In this document: positions 9,603 through 18,698 of the stretch, piece after piece
How the letters are laid out: the number at the start of each line of letters is the position of its first letter
How positions within the stretch are numbered: the first letter of the stretch is position 1
DNA from: an uncultured Cytophagia bacterium
Lineage (GTDB): Bacteria; Zhuqueibacterota; Zhuqueibacteria; Oceanimicrobiales; Oceanimicrobiaceae
Length of the DNA: 64,000 nucleotides
Assembly: GCA_964539665.1 (NCBI GenBank)
Contig: CAZIKB010000003.1
Coordinates: 60,062-124,061, forward strand
Reading direction: 5' to 3'
Translations under genes and position numbers: made by a program
The notes under the pieces: model-generated
What the model saw: the letters and a program-made list of their open reading frames with translations, nothing else
Database searches by the model: none
What the model was told of the DNA's origin: nothing

Positions 9603-10616
9603 TTGGAAATAAATTCGATGGAAGAACAAATAATTACTCGTAGTACGCCACAAGATGGGGAAAGTGAGCAAGTCATGTTACCTCCAAAAGATAAAACCTC
9701 CATCATTATTACCGTAAAAAACTTTGAATCAGAGATCGGTGAAATAAATCAAACATTGCTCGCGAGTTTAGAAAAATCCAACGATGATTTTGAAGTGATC
9801 TATATCGATGATGGCAGCCTTGATAATACCTGGGAAGCGCTCAAGCAACAGGCTCTGAATGACAGGCGCATTAAATTGATTCGAATGCGCACTTCATTCG
9901 GGGAGTCTGCTGCATTCGAGGCAGGAATCAAACATGCTCAGGGCGACCGGATCGTGTTTTTTGCAACGAGGGTGCGGATCAATCCTGCTCAAATTTCAAA
10001 TTTAGTGGCAAAGTTAAAAGATGATTATGATTTAGTTATGGGTTGGCGGCATCCCCGTCGGGATTCGCTGTTAAATAGAGTTATCTCAAAAACATTTAAT
10101 ATGATGATTAAATGGATTTCTAAGATAACATTGCATGATATAAATAGCGGAGTTTTTGCCACCAGAAAAGAAGTTTTGCAGGATGTCCCAATTTATGGTA
10201 ATTTGAACATTTTCCTGCCAATTTTAGCAACCAGAAAGGGCTACCGGGTAGGGGACGAACAGATCGAACAACTTCCCGGAAAATTTCGGCAGTCGAAATA
10301 TTTCTCCGAATATATTCAAAGGCTTCTGGACATGGTCACTGTAATCTTCCTGACCAATTATTCCAAGAAACCTCTGCACTTCTTAGGCTTCTTTGGTATT
10401 ATTTTTACGATAATTGGTGCAGGAATGAATCTGTACCTGTTTATTTACAGGTTGCTGGAATTTGGCCCGATTGCTGGTCGGCCGCTCCTTCTACTTGGAG
10501 CATTGCTGTTAGTAATTGGCATCCAGATGATTTCAATCGGATTAATAGGCGAAATGATTATTTTTACCCATGCGAAAGAAATCAAAGAATATACAATTGA
10601 AGAAATTTTGGATTAA
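9603..10616 (+). CDS. GT2 GtrB/ArnC-like paralog, copy 2, lacking the DXD motif (start may be ATG 9618)
   Basis: VIYIDDGSLDNT is retained, but the position aligned to DGD reads FFATRVRINP. Same C-terminal two-TM architecture. TTG at 9603, ATG at 9618. Confidence 0.75.
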   Translation: MEINSMEEQIITRSTPQDGESEQVMLPPKDKTSIIITVKNFESEIGEINQTLLASLEKSNDDFEVIYIDDGSLDNTWEALKQQALNDRRIKLIRMRTSFGESAAFEAGIKHAQGDRIVFFATRVRINPAQISNLVAKLKDDYDLVMGWRHPRRDSLLNRVISKTFNMMIKWISKITLHDINSGVFATRKEVLQDVPIYGNLNIFLPILATRKGYRVGDEQIEQLPGKFRQSKYFSEYIQRLLDMVTVIFLTNYSKKPLHFLGFFGIIFTIIGAGMNLYLFIYRLLEFGPIAGRPLLLLGALLLVIGIQMISIGLIGEMIIFTHAKEIKEYTIEEILD

Positions 10617-10637
10617 AAAATATACATTGGATTTATT

Positions 10638-11624
10638 ATGAAGCTCATTATTCAAATTCCTTGTTTAAATGAAGAAAAGTCCTTACCTGAGACTTTGAAT
10701 GATTTACCAGATTCCATTGAAGGTGTGGATGAAATCGAAACCTTGATTATTGACGATGGCAGTGAAGACCGGACTATAGAAGTTGCACGCGAGTCAGGGG
10801 TGAATCATATTGTACAACACACAAATAATAAAGGGCTTGCAGAAGCATTTGTGACTGGTATTGACGCCTGCCTTAAACTCGGCGCGGACATTATTGTCAA
10901 TACTGACGGGGACAATCAATATAATGGCCGTAGCATCGTAGATTTGATTGATCCGATTCTAAAACGCAAAGCGGATATGGTTGTGGGAGATCGGCAGGTA
11001 AACGGTATTCCTCATTTTTCGTTTTTTAAAAAACGTTTGCAATCTCTGGGCAGTTGGGTTGTTCAGCATATCTCTGATACGAAGGTTCCCGATACCACCA
11101 GTGGCTTCCGAGCGTTCAGCCGCGAAGCAGCGCTTCGAATGAATGTTATTTCAAGGTTTACCTACACGCTCGAGACTATTATTCAGGCAGGGAAAAGCAA
11201 TGTCGCTATTACGCATGTTCCAGTAGAGACCAATGAGAAACTGCGGGATTCGCGTCTTTTCAAAAGCATACCTAATTATATTAAGCGCTCTGTGGCAACA
11301 ATATTTAGAATTTACACAATGTATGAACCGCTCAAGACATTTTCGATGATTGGAGGTTTTGTTTTTGGCGGCGGTATGCTCTTGTCTTTAAGATATCTAT
11401 ATTTTTATTTTACAACCGGCGGCGGAGGACATATTCAGTCTTTAATCCTTGCCGCTGTGCTCATGTTAATAGGATTTCAGGTGATTATGATTGGGCTCCT
11501 CGCTGATTTAATTCGCGGTAATCGTCGTTTAATTGAAGATACGCAATACCGGGTAAAAAAGATGGAGATAGGACATTTGTACAAAGATGTCAAATTGAAT
11601 GAAAAAAACAGAGAAGAAAGTTAA
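10638..11624 (+). CDS. GT2 polyprenyl-phosphate glycosyltransferase (GtrB/ArnC/DPM1-like), copy 3
   Basis: IQIPCLNEE...LIIDDGSEDRT...VNTDGDNQYNG (DXD) and C-terminal TM helices. Confidence 0.85.
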   Translation: MKLIIQIPCLNEEKSLPETLNDLPDSIEGVDEIETLIIDDGSEDRTIEVARESGVNHIVQHTNNKGLAEAFVTGIDACLKLGADIIVNTDGDNQYNGRSIVDLIDPILKRKADMVVGDRQVNGIPHFSFFKKRLQSLGSWVVQHISDTKVPDTTSGFRAFSREAALRMNVISRFTYTLETIIQAGKSNVAITHVPVETNEKLRDSRLFKSIPNYIKRSVATIFRIYTMYEPLKTFSMIGGFVFGGGMLLSLRYLYFYFTTGGGGHIQSLILAAVLMLIGFQVIMIGLLADLIRGNRRLIEDTQYRVKKMEIGHLYKDVKLNEKNREES

Positions 11625-12672
11625 AATTTGTTATATTGCAGGTCGTGAAGCCAGTTATTCGCGTACAAGAATGATGATTCACGGACTGCAGTCCGTGGGA
11701 TTTGATGTGGTAAAATGTTTGCCGCCGAATAAATCGTTTAAATATTATCCCAATATAATGTGGCAGTTTCTTCGCAAAAAACGTGGCTGCGATTTGGTAA
11801 TCGTTGGCTTTTATGGACAGCTTTTACTGCCCTTCGTCTGGTTGTTCACGACAAAACCTATTTTATTCGATGTGTACATTTCCACTTTCGGGACAATGAT
11901 TGATGATCGGGCTAAAGGACGACGGAATGGTTTCCGGGCCAGACTATACTGGCTGTCAGATTACATTTCTATGAAACTGGCAAATAGAATTATTACTGAG
12001 TCATGCCATCATATAAAACAGTATGCGAAAATGTTTCGGGTTCCGGAAAGTAAATTTAGGCATATTTTTTTAGCAACTGATCCCAATATCATTTATCCAA
12101 AATCGCTGCCGCAACCCAAGGGAAAATTCCTGGTTCATTTCCATGGAGAATATGCACCATTTCATGGCGTCAAATATATTTTCCAGGCGGCTGATATTTT
12201 AAGAAATGAGAATGTGGAATTCCAAATCGTTGGCCGCGGCATTACTCATGAACAGGACATGAAATTTGCAAAAGAGTTGAATCTGCAAAATTGTAAATTT
12301 ATTGAATGGGTGCCTTATGAAGAATTGGCCGACTACATGTCGCGTGCGCATTGCTGCCTGGGATTTTTCGGTGATAATCCCAGAACCATGCGTGTTTTTA
12401 CAAATAAAGTTGTAGAAGCCATTGCAGTCGCAAAGCCATTAATCTCCACAAAAAATGAGCCGGTTCAGGAATTGCTAAAAAATGACGAAAGCGCTTTGCT
12501 GGTTGAAAGAGCTAATCCAGCCCAGATAGCGAAAGCCATTCGTAAATTGCGGGATGACGCTGAATTGCGGCAACGAATCGGCAATGCGGGCCATGAACTG
12601 TTTTTAAAAAATTGTACTTTGGAGGTTTTTTCAAAATATATTAAAAATAATATTGAGGAGATGCTGAATTAA
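11599..12672 (+). CDS. GT-B fold glycosyltransferase (GT1/GT4-like)
   Basis: C-terminal half has the typical GT-B pattern (FLVHFHGEYAPFHGVKYI..., VVEAIAVAKPLIS). Overlaps the upstream gene by 26 nt. Confidence 0.65.
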   Translation: MKKTEKKVKICYIAGREASYSRTRMMIHGLQSVGFDVVKCLPPNKSFKYYPNIMWQFLRKKRGCDLVIVGFYGQLLLPFVWLFTTKPILFDVYISTFGTMIDDRAKGRRNGFRARLYWLSDYISMKLANRIITESCHHIKQYAKMFRVPESKFRHIFLATDPNIIYPKSLPQPKGKFLVHFHGEYAPFHGVKYIFQAADILRNENVEFQIVGRGITHEQDMKFAKELNLQNCKFIEWVPYEELADYMSRAHCCLGFFGDNPRTMRVFTNKVVEAIAVAKPLISTKNEPVQELLKNDESALLVERANPAQIAKAIRKLRDDAELRQRIGNAGHELFLKNCTLEVFSKYIKNNIEEMLN

Positions 12673-13691
12673 TGATTGCAGATTTTGATTATTCTTTATT
12701 GAAAGGGAAAAAAGTTCTGATCACCGGCGGTCTTGGATTTATCGGCAGCAGTATCGCTCATCGGTGCGTTGAGTTAGGTGCGAGCGTGATGATTTTAGAC
12801 GCCTGCTTGGAACCTTACGGCTGGAATTTTACTAATATTGAGGAGATTAAAAATAATATCGAATTTATTAAAGGCGATATTCGCGATAGAAATCTGCTGA
12901 TGAAATTAACGCCGAACCAGGATATCATTTTTCACATGGCGGCGCAGGTGGGTCGTGAAATTTCAATTGAGAGCCCGGAATTGGATGTAGAGATCAACTG
13001 TACTGGTACGATTAATCTTCTCGAAGCCTGCCGAAAAAATACGAAAGGTGTTAAAGTAGTCTTCGCTGGTTCTCGGGGGCAAATAGGCGAGCCAGTATAT
13101 TTTCCGGTTGATGAAAACCATCCACAAAATCCTACGGATATTTACGGTATCAATAAAATGGCCGCTGAACAGTATTTATTTCTTTACAGTAAAATAAGTG
13201 AATTCCCGGTTGTATCTCTGAGGCTTAATAATGTCTACGGCCCGAGATGTCAGATGCATGCCAGCTTTTATGGGATTCTTAACTGGTTTATGGCTAATGC
13301 CATGACCGGTAAAGCCATCACTGTTTACGGCGAAGGCAAACAGACCAGAGATTATGTTTATATTGACGATGTTGTGGATGCTTTTATCCGGGTGGCCATT
13401 TCTGAGCAAGCCAATGGTCAGGTCTATTTCGTTGGCTCGGCTGTGGAGACCGTCTTCCTCGAAATGGTGAATGAGATTGTGCGTGCAGTGGGCACAGGCG
13501 AAATAGTACACATCCCGTTTCCTGAGATACGTGATAAAATTGATATAAAAAGATTTGTGGTTACTTATTCGAAAATAAATGCAGCGGTAGGGTGGAAACC
13601 GAATTATGATTTACGAACCGGCGTCAGAAAAACTGTGAATTATTATCGCGGCAGATTGAACGACTATTTGCACCGAGGCGGAGAGAGCTGA
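12672..13691 (+). CDS. NAD-dependent epimerase/dehydratase (extended SDR)
   Basis: ITGGLGFIGSSIA and YGINK (YxxxK). TAATG start/stop overlap with the upstream gene. Confidence 0.85.
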   Translation: MIADFDYSLLKGKKVLITGGLGFIGSSIAHRCVELGASVMILDACLEPYGWNFTNIEEIKNNIEFIKGDIRDRNLLMKLTPNQDIIFHMAAQVGREISIESPELDVEINCTGTINLLEACRKNTKGVKVVFAGSRGQIGEPVYFPVDENHPQNPTDIYGINKMAAEQYLFLYSKISEFPVVSLRLNNVYGPRCQMHASFYGILNWFMANAMTGKAITVYGEGKQTRDYVYIDDVVDAFIRVAISEQANGQVYFVGSAVETVFLEMVNEIVRAVGTGEIVHIPFPEIRDKIDIKRFVVTYSKINAAVGWKPNYDLRTGVRKTVNYYRGRLNDYLHRGGES

Positions 13692-13692
13692 G

Positions 13693-14682
13693 ATGTCAGA
13701 TCCAGTATCAGTGAAAGATGTAAAAAACATTAATAATCTGAGTGAAAAGCAAAATATAGACCTATCCGTAATAATAGCATGCTTTAATTCCAGTAGAACA
13801 ATCCGGAATGCGCTTGAAGCTATTTCAAATCAGGTAACAAACTACAATTTTGAAATTCTTGTCGTCGATAGCTCCAAAGATGACACTCCTGAGATCGTGG
13901 CTAATGAATTTCCGCACGTCCATCTCTTCAGGTATGAACGTCAGACCTACCCTGGAACGGCACGCAACCTGGGAATAGAGAAAGCACGCGGTACTTATGT
14001 CGTTTTTACCGATTCGGATTGTGTGCCCGATTCTAACTGGGTCGAACAGATTATAAAAACAATCACCAGAGTACAAACAGACGCAGTGGGAGGATGTTTG
14101 ATTAATGGCTATCCAAAGAGTCTTACCGCCTGGGTTAGCCATTTAATTGAATTTAACGAGTGGACAGAAACAACTCCGGCAGGTATTGTGACCAATATCC
14201 CCAGCGCAAATCTGGCTTATAAAAAGGAAACGTTTACACGCTTAAAAGAATACTTCCCTGATTATCTGGGCTCAGAAGATACAATACTCAACTGGAAAAT
14301 GCAAAATAAAGGCGTCAGGATTTATTTCGATCCCAAAATCAGAATTGTCCATTTGAACCGAGTTTCTTTAATAAAACTGTTTCGCCATCAGTATAATTTA
14401 GGCAGGTGGTCAGCCGAAGCAAGACGCAATGTAGATTTGCCAGGGAGTTATTTGGTGAAGTATCGCATCTTGGTATTCGCACTCCCCATCATTCGTTGGG
14501 CCCGGGCGTTAGTCAGGCTGCTTCGTAAAGATATACCGAAATTTTTGCTATTTCTGTTCATCACACCCATTTATTTAGCAACGGCTGTTGCCTGGAGCAT
14601 TGGTTTTGTTTCTAAACAAAAGCTAACATTTTCTATTCAATCGCAGGAAAATTCCAATATTTCCTCAAACACGAGAAGTTAA
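13693..14682 (+). CDS. GT2 family glycosyltransferase
   Basis: LSVIIACFNSSRTI...ILVVDSSKDDT...FTDSDCVPD. Confidence 0.8.
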   Translation: MSDPVSVKDVKNINNLSEKQNIDLSVIIACFNSSRTIRNALEAISNQVTNYNFEILVVDSSKDDTPEIVANEFPHVHLFRYERQTYPGTARNLGIEKARGTYVVFTDSDCVPDSNWVEQIIKTITRVQTDAVGGCLINGYPKSLTAWVSHLIEFNEWTETTPAGIVTNIPSANLAYKKETFTRLKEYFPDYLGSEDTILNWKMQNKGVRIYFDPKIRIVHLNRVSLIKLFRHQYNLGRWSAEARRNVDLPGSYLVKYRILVFALPIIRWARALVRLLRKDIPKFLLFLFITPIYLATAVAWSIGFVSKQKLTFSIQSQENSNISSNTRS

Positions 14683-14683
14683 C

Positions 14684-16828
14684 ATGGATGTAAAAAGTCA
14701 AGCTAAAAAAAAGATTTTTGTAACCGGGGGTTCTGGATTTTTAGGTCGAGCAATAATAAGCCATCTTTTAACTGATGGTTTTCAGATCGTTGCACTGGCG
14801 CGGCGTTCGAATGTCCCCGAACATCTGAAGAATCCTGACATTAAATTAGTAGAGGGTGATGTTCGTGATTCCAAAAGTATACAAAAAGCTATGCGGGGCG
14901 TAGATTTCGTTGTCCATGCTGCTGCAACGATGCAAGGTTCCTGGGATGATTTCTATCAAATAAATGTCGAAGCTACCAAAACGCTGCTGGATGCTGCTGT
15001 GAAGCATAAAGTGGAACGATTTATTTATATTAGTTCTGTGAGCGTTTATGCGCACGCCACGATGGAGAACGCTGCAGTGTTTACCGAAGATATGCCGTAC
15101 GAGGGTGACGCGTTCACTAATTTCTACTCCAAATCAAAAATGGAAGCGGAGAAATTAGTCTGGCAGGCTATTAGCGAGAATAAATTATCCAGTGTGATAT
15201 TGCGACCTGGTGCGATTTATGGCCCCGGAGGTAACATATTCCCGGCAACGCTTGGTTTGGGGCTCGGGGTTGACAAAATTATTTTATTCGGCGATTCCAA
15301 AACCGAGCTTCCGTTGAGTTATGTCGAAAATGTAGTTGACGCCATTGTGAAGTCAATTGAACAAAAGGAAGCTGTCGGGGAATGTTTCAATTTAGTTGAA
15401 GACCGGACACTCAGCCGGATAGATTATGCAAATGCCCTGAAATCAGAGGCCAATCCAAATCTGAAAATACTGCGTTTACCGCTCTGGTTCATGAATTTTG
15501 TAAAATTTACTCTGAAAACAGGATTCCGTCTGATAGGTAAAAAAGCGCCGTTGAGCGCATTAAATCTAAAGTTATATTGCTCTTCAATAAAATACTCAAA
15601 TGAAAAATATAAAAGAATTTTTGGTGCGAAACCTTATGTCGACTTTGATGAGAGTATTCATCGAACCATGCAATGGCATAAGAAAAAAAGGACGCCAATT
15701 AGATCTCAGGGACTTCCAGGGGGGGAAGTCCTGCTTTCTACAAAACAAAAACTGAACGTTGGGATCATCGGCTGTGGAAATATTGCTCATGTACATTTAT
15801 TATTTTTGAAGAAGTTCAAGAATGTCGGCAAAATTTACATTGCCGATCCTCAACCAGCTGCTTTGAATGCGATCAGTAAAAAATATAAAGTAGCGAAAGG
15901 CTATAATGACTACCAGGAAATGCTTACTAAAGAACAGATTGATGTGGTTCACATTCTGGCGCCGCCGCAATTTCATGCAGAAATTACCGAGTTTGCTGCA
16001 AAACAGGACTGCCATGTTCTGGTTGAAAAGCCCATGGCTCTGGATTACAGGCAAGCCAAAAAGATGCTGACAGTCGCCCAAAAAAGTAAAATAAAACTAT
16101 GTGTTGTACACAATCATCTTTATGATAAAGTCATGGTCAAAGCCAGGGATATTCTTGCCCAGGGTGTTTTAGGACGCATCACCTATATTGAAAGTTGGTA
16201 TGGAACCCAATTTGGCTCTTTTGCTCCGCCATTCGATCCGCAAAAATATTGGGGTTATTCATTGCCTGGTTCTCTTTACCAAGACTACTTACCCCACGCA
16301 TTATATGTGCTGCTTGACATATTGGGCCGTGGCGAAATCAAAAATATTACGGCTAATTATATCGGCGGCGTGCCTTCCGTTGAAACCGATGAGCTAAAGA
16401 TCATGTTTGAACACGAAAAGAAGGTGGGACTACTTTCCCTGTCTTTGTCGGTGGCGCCGCGTTATCAGTTTATGAATATCTATGGTACGAACGGAACGGT
16501 GAAAATCGACTTCTTAAATAAAGTCGTATTTTTAGACAAGGAGATCGGCGGTGTTCCGAAAACCATAAATCGGGCATTATCAGCTATGAAATATTCGAAG
16601 TTGCTGGGCACGGCCGCTATTCGAAATATCTTTACCATGCACAGGGTACAGCAAAATTTATTTGAAGGCACGGGCAGAATTATTCGGTTGTTTTATCGCA
16701 GCATTTTATTAGATGAGCCCGAACCTGTACCTGCAACCGAAGGCTTACAGGTCATGAACCTTCTGGATCAAATTTGGTCTGAAATTAATACAAAGGAATC
16801 CGCACCTCAGAAAAAAATGCCTGCGTAA
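14684..16828 (+). CDS. bifunctional fusion: N-terminal SDR epimerase/dehydratase + C-terminal Gfo/Idh/MocA oxidoreductase
   Basis: aa 1-~335: VTGGSGFLGRAII and YSKSK. aa ~355-714: VGIIGCGNIAHVHL Rossmann motif and VLVEKPMALD, the Gfo/Idh/MocA signature. Confidence 0.8.
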   Translation: MDVKSQAKKKIFVTGGSGFLGRAIISHLLTDGFQIVALARRSNVPEHLKNPDIKLVEGDVRDSKSIQKAMRGVDFVVHAAATMQGSWDDFYQINVEATKTLLDAAVKHKVERFIYISSVSVYAHATMENAAVFTEDMPYEGDAFTNFYSKSKMEAEKLVWQAISENKLSSVILRPGAIYGPGGNIFPATLGLGLGVDKIILFGDSKTELPLSYVENVVDAIVKSIEQKEAVGECFNLVEDRTLSRIDYANALKSEANPNLKILRLPLWFMNFVKFTLKTGFRLIGKKAPLSALNLKLYCSSIKYSNEKYKRIFGAKPYVDFDESIHRTMQWHKKKRTPIRSQGLPGGEVLLSTKQKLNVGIIGCGNIAHVHLLFLKKFKNVGKIYIADPQPAALNAISKKYKVAKGYNDYQEMLTKEQIDVVHILAPPQFHAEITEFAAKQDCHVLVEKPMALDYRQAKKMLTVAQKSKIKLCVVHNHLYDKVMVKARDILAQGVLGRITYIESWYGTQFGSFAPPFDPQKYWGYSLPGSLYQDYLPHALYVLLDILGRGEIKNITANYIGGVPSVETDELKIMFEHEKKVGLLSLSLSVAPRYQFMNIYGTNGTVKIDFLNKVVFLDKEIGGVPKTINRALSAMKYSKLLGTAAIRNIFTMHRVQQNLFEGTGRIIRLFYRSILLDEPEPVPATEGLQVMNLLDQIWSEINTKESAPQKKMPA

Positions 16829-16895
16829 TTCCTTGCTTAATTAGTAACTGGACAGACGAGCATAAATAAATTTTGAACTTACTATCGTAGCTGAC

Positions 16896-16963
16896 TTCCC
16901 GAAATCTCTAAATCGGGAATCCATGTGAGTTGGGCCTGGATTCCCGCTTCAAACATGCGGGAA
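16896..16963 (+). promoter_or_regulatory. tandem TTCCCG...CGGGAA hairpins/palindromes with a mutually exclusive middle pairing
   Basis: TTCCCGA(16896-16902)/TCGGGAA(16913-16919); GGGAATCC(16915-16922)/GGATTCCC(16938-16945); TTCCCGC(16941-16947)/GCGGGAA(16957-16963). Confidence 0.4.
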
Positions 16964-16992
16964 AGACTTATTTATAGAAAGAAATGAAAAAT

Positions 16993-17005
16993 TGTCAGGC
17001 TGACA
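16993..17005. promoter_or_regulatory. perfect 13-bp palindrome TGTCAGgCTGACA (operator-like)
   Basis: Read directly. The 1-nt centre is too small for an RNA loop, so a DNA site is more likely. Lies ~180 nt upstream of the flippase start. Confidence 0.3.
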
Positions 17006-17171
17006 GGATGAAGAGCTCTAAAACTGGATCAGGTAAAATAAAAAACAATTTGATTTCATTCAGGATGAATCTTTCTCATGTCTATGTAAGCTTCTGTTTA
17101 TTAAAAAGATTCTTCCAGAATGACAGTGGCCGTTTTTGTTTTAATATTCCGTGTAAAATCCGTGTCCTTCC

Positions 17172-18608
17172 GTGGTTAAAGGCTGTATGATTTCCCGGGC
17201 GACAATTTTATTGATGACCAGCCAGGTCATCTTTTTATTTTCCGGCTTTCTGATAAATTCTGGATTAGCCCGCATTTTCAAACCAATAGATTATGGCACC
17301 TTTGGACTCGTCATGTCTATTTTGGTGATTGTTGAGTTGTTTGTAATTACAGGCATTCCTGAAGCCATTCAAAAATTTGGCGGGGAACGTCCCGAGGTAA
17401 TGTCGAAGCTAATTTCCAAAACACTTCCCTGGCAAATAGTTTATGCCATAATTGTTTTTCTGATTTTTTGGTTAATTGCCCCCTTGTTGTCCAATATTTT
17501 TGGGGACTCTGAGTTAACATTTTATTTAAGAATAGCTGGAATTGACATAATCATTTATGGTTTGTATAAATATTTTTTGGGAGTGCAAAATGGCCTGCAT
17601 CGATTTTTTCACTACACGATATTAGGCATTACCTATTCTCTGGCAAAGTTAGCTGCCATTCTTGGTTTAGTCTGGTTAGGATTCTCCATATCCGGAGCGC
17701 TGGTTGGCAATATTATCGGCTCAGTGCTTGCCCTGATTTTAGCTTTTATGTTTTCACGGGTTCCTGAATCTGAAGTGGAATTAGAATCGAGATCCTATAC
17801 TTCTTTTGTAATTCAGAATGTGTTTTATTTTGTTGGTTTAAATCTGTTTTTTTCAATTGATCTTTGGTTTGTAAAATATTATATACCAGGAGCCGGGGTA
17901 GGTTTATATGTTTCTGCTTCGGTTTTAGCAAAAGTGACCTATTTGATATCGGTGGCTCTTTCGGCTGTTTTGCTGCCTTCTTTGTCCAGAACCATCAAAT
18001 TGCAACAACAGCAAAGAACCAATGCGCTTATTAAAGACTCGCTACGTTATCTCATGATTTTTTTAGTTTTAATAAATACAGTCATAATTATTAATTCAAC
18101 CGGGATCATCAAGTTGTTTTTTGGTGATGATTACATAGCGGCTGCCTCTGTTTTAAGTATTTTAATAGTAGGCCTGTCTTTCTTTACTATGATGGCAATA
18201 ATCAACACAATCATGATTGCTAACAATCAAATGCGGGCCAGTTTAGTTCTTATATTAGGCCTGCTAATTTTGGATTGCATCTTAAATCGAATATTAGTGC
18301 CTCACTATCAATTGTACGGTGCAGCTATCGCAACAGCAACAGTTGGCTTGCTTGGAACGATTTTAGGCGGATTATATGTTTTTAAAGAATTCAAATCTCT
18401 CATAATATCTTTCTCCTTGGTACGCTTAACAGCCATCACTCTATTTGTCTTTTTTATCGCAAATTTAATGAATCAAATACATATAGATGTGATATTAAAA
18501 TCGGTGCTTTTGGGGAGTATTTTTTTATTTCTATTGTGGCTAACCAGGGAAATAACTTCCGTTGATTTACGTCGATTTAAAGAGTCTCTTGGATTTTCAA
18601 ATACTTAA
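17172..18608 (+). CDS. polysaccharide/oligosaccharide flippase (Wzx-like, MOP superfamily); start may be ATG 17187
   Basis: About 12-14 TM helices across 478 aa, the typical polysaccharide-biosynthesis-protein layout. GTG at 17172, ATG at 17187. Confidence 0.75.
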   Translation: MVKGCMISRATILLMTSQVIFLFSGFLINSGLARIFKPIDYGTFGLVMSILVIVELFVITGIPEAIQKFGGERPEVMSKLISKTLPWQIVYAIIVFLIFWLIAPLLSNIFGDSELTFYLRIAGIDIIIYGLYKYFLGVQNGLHRFFHYTILGITYSLAKLAAILGLVWLGFSISGALVGNIIGSVLALILAFMFSRVPESEVELESRSYTSFVIQNVFYFVGLNLFFSIDLWFVKYYIPGAGVGLYVSASVLAKVTYLISVALSAVLLPSLSRTIKLQQQQRTNALIKDSLRYLMIFLVLINTVIIINSTGIIKLFFGDDYIAAASVLSILIVGLSFFTMMAIINTIMIANNQMRASLVLILGLLILDCILNRILVPHYQLYGAAIATATVGLLGTILGGLYVFKEFKSLIISFSLVRLTAITLFVFFIANLMNQIHIDVILKSVLLGSIFLFLLWLTREITSVDLRRFKESLGFSNT

Positions 18609-18698
18609 CTTGAATTACTCCTGGCATGGCCAGGCAGAAAAAAAATATCAACTTCAAACTAAAATCATTTGAAATAATTGGGTAATTTCATTTAAAAA

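Noticed and set aside
16984-17190. 68-aa + strand ORF in the gap before the first flippase.
   Set aside because: No RBS and no recognisable motif, with a basic, low-complexity translation. It overlaps the palindrome and likely regulatory region and runs into the flippase start. Not supported as a gene.
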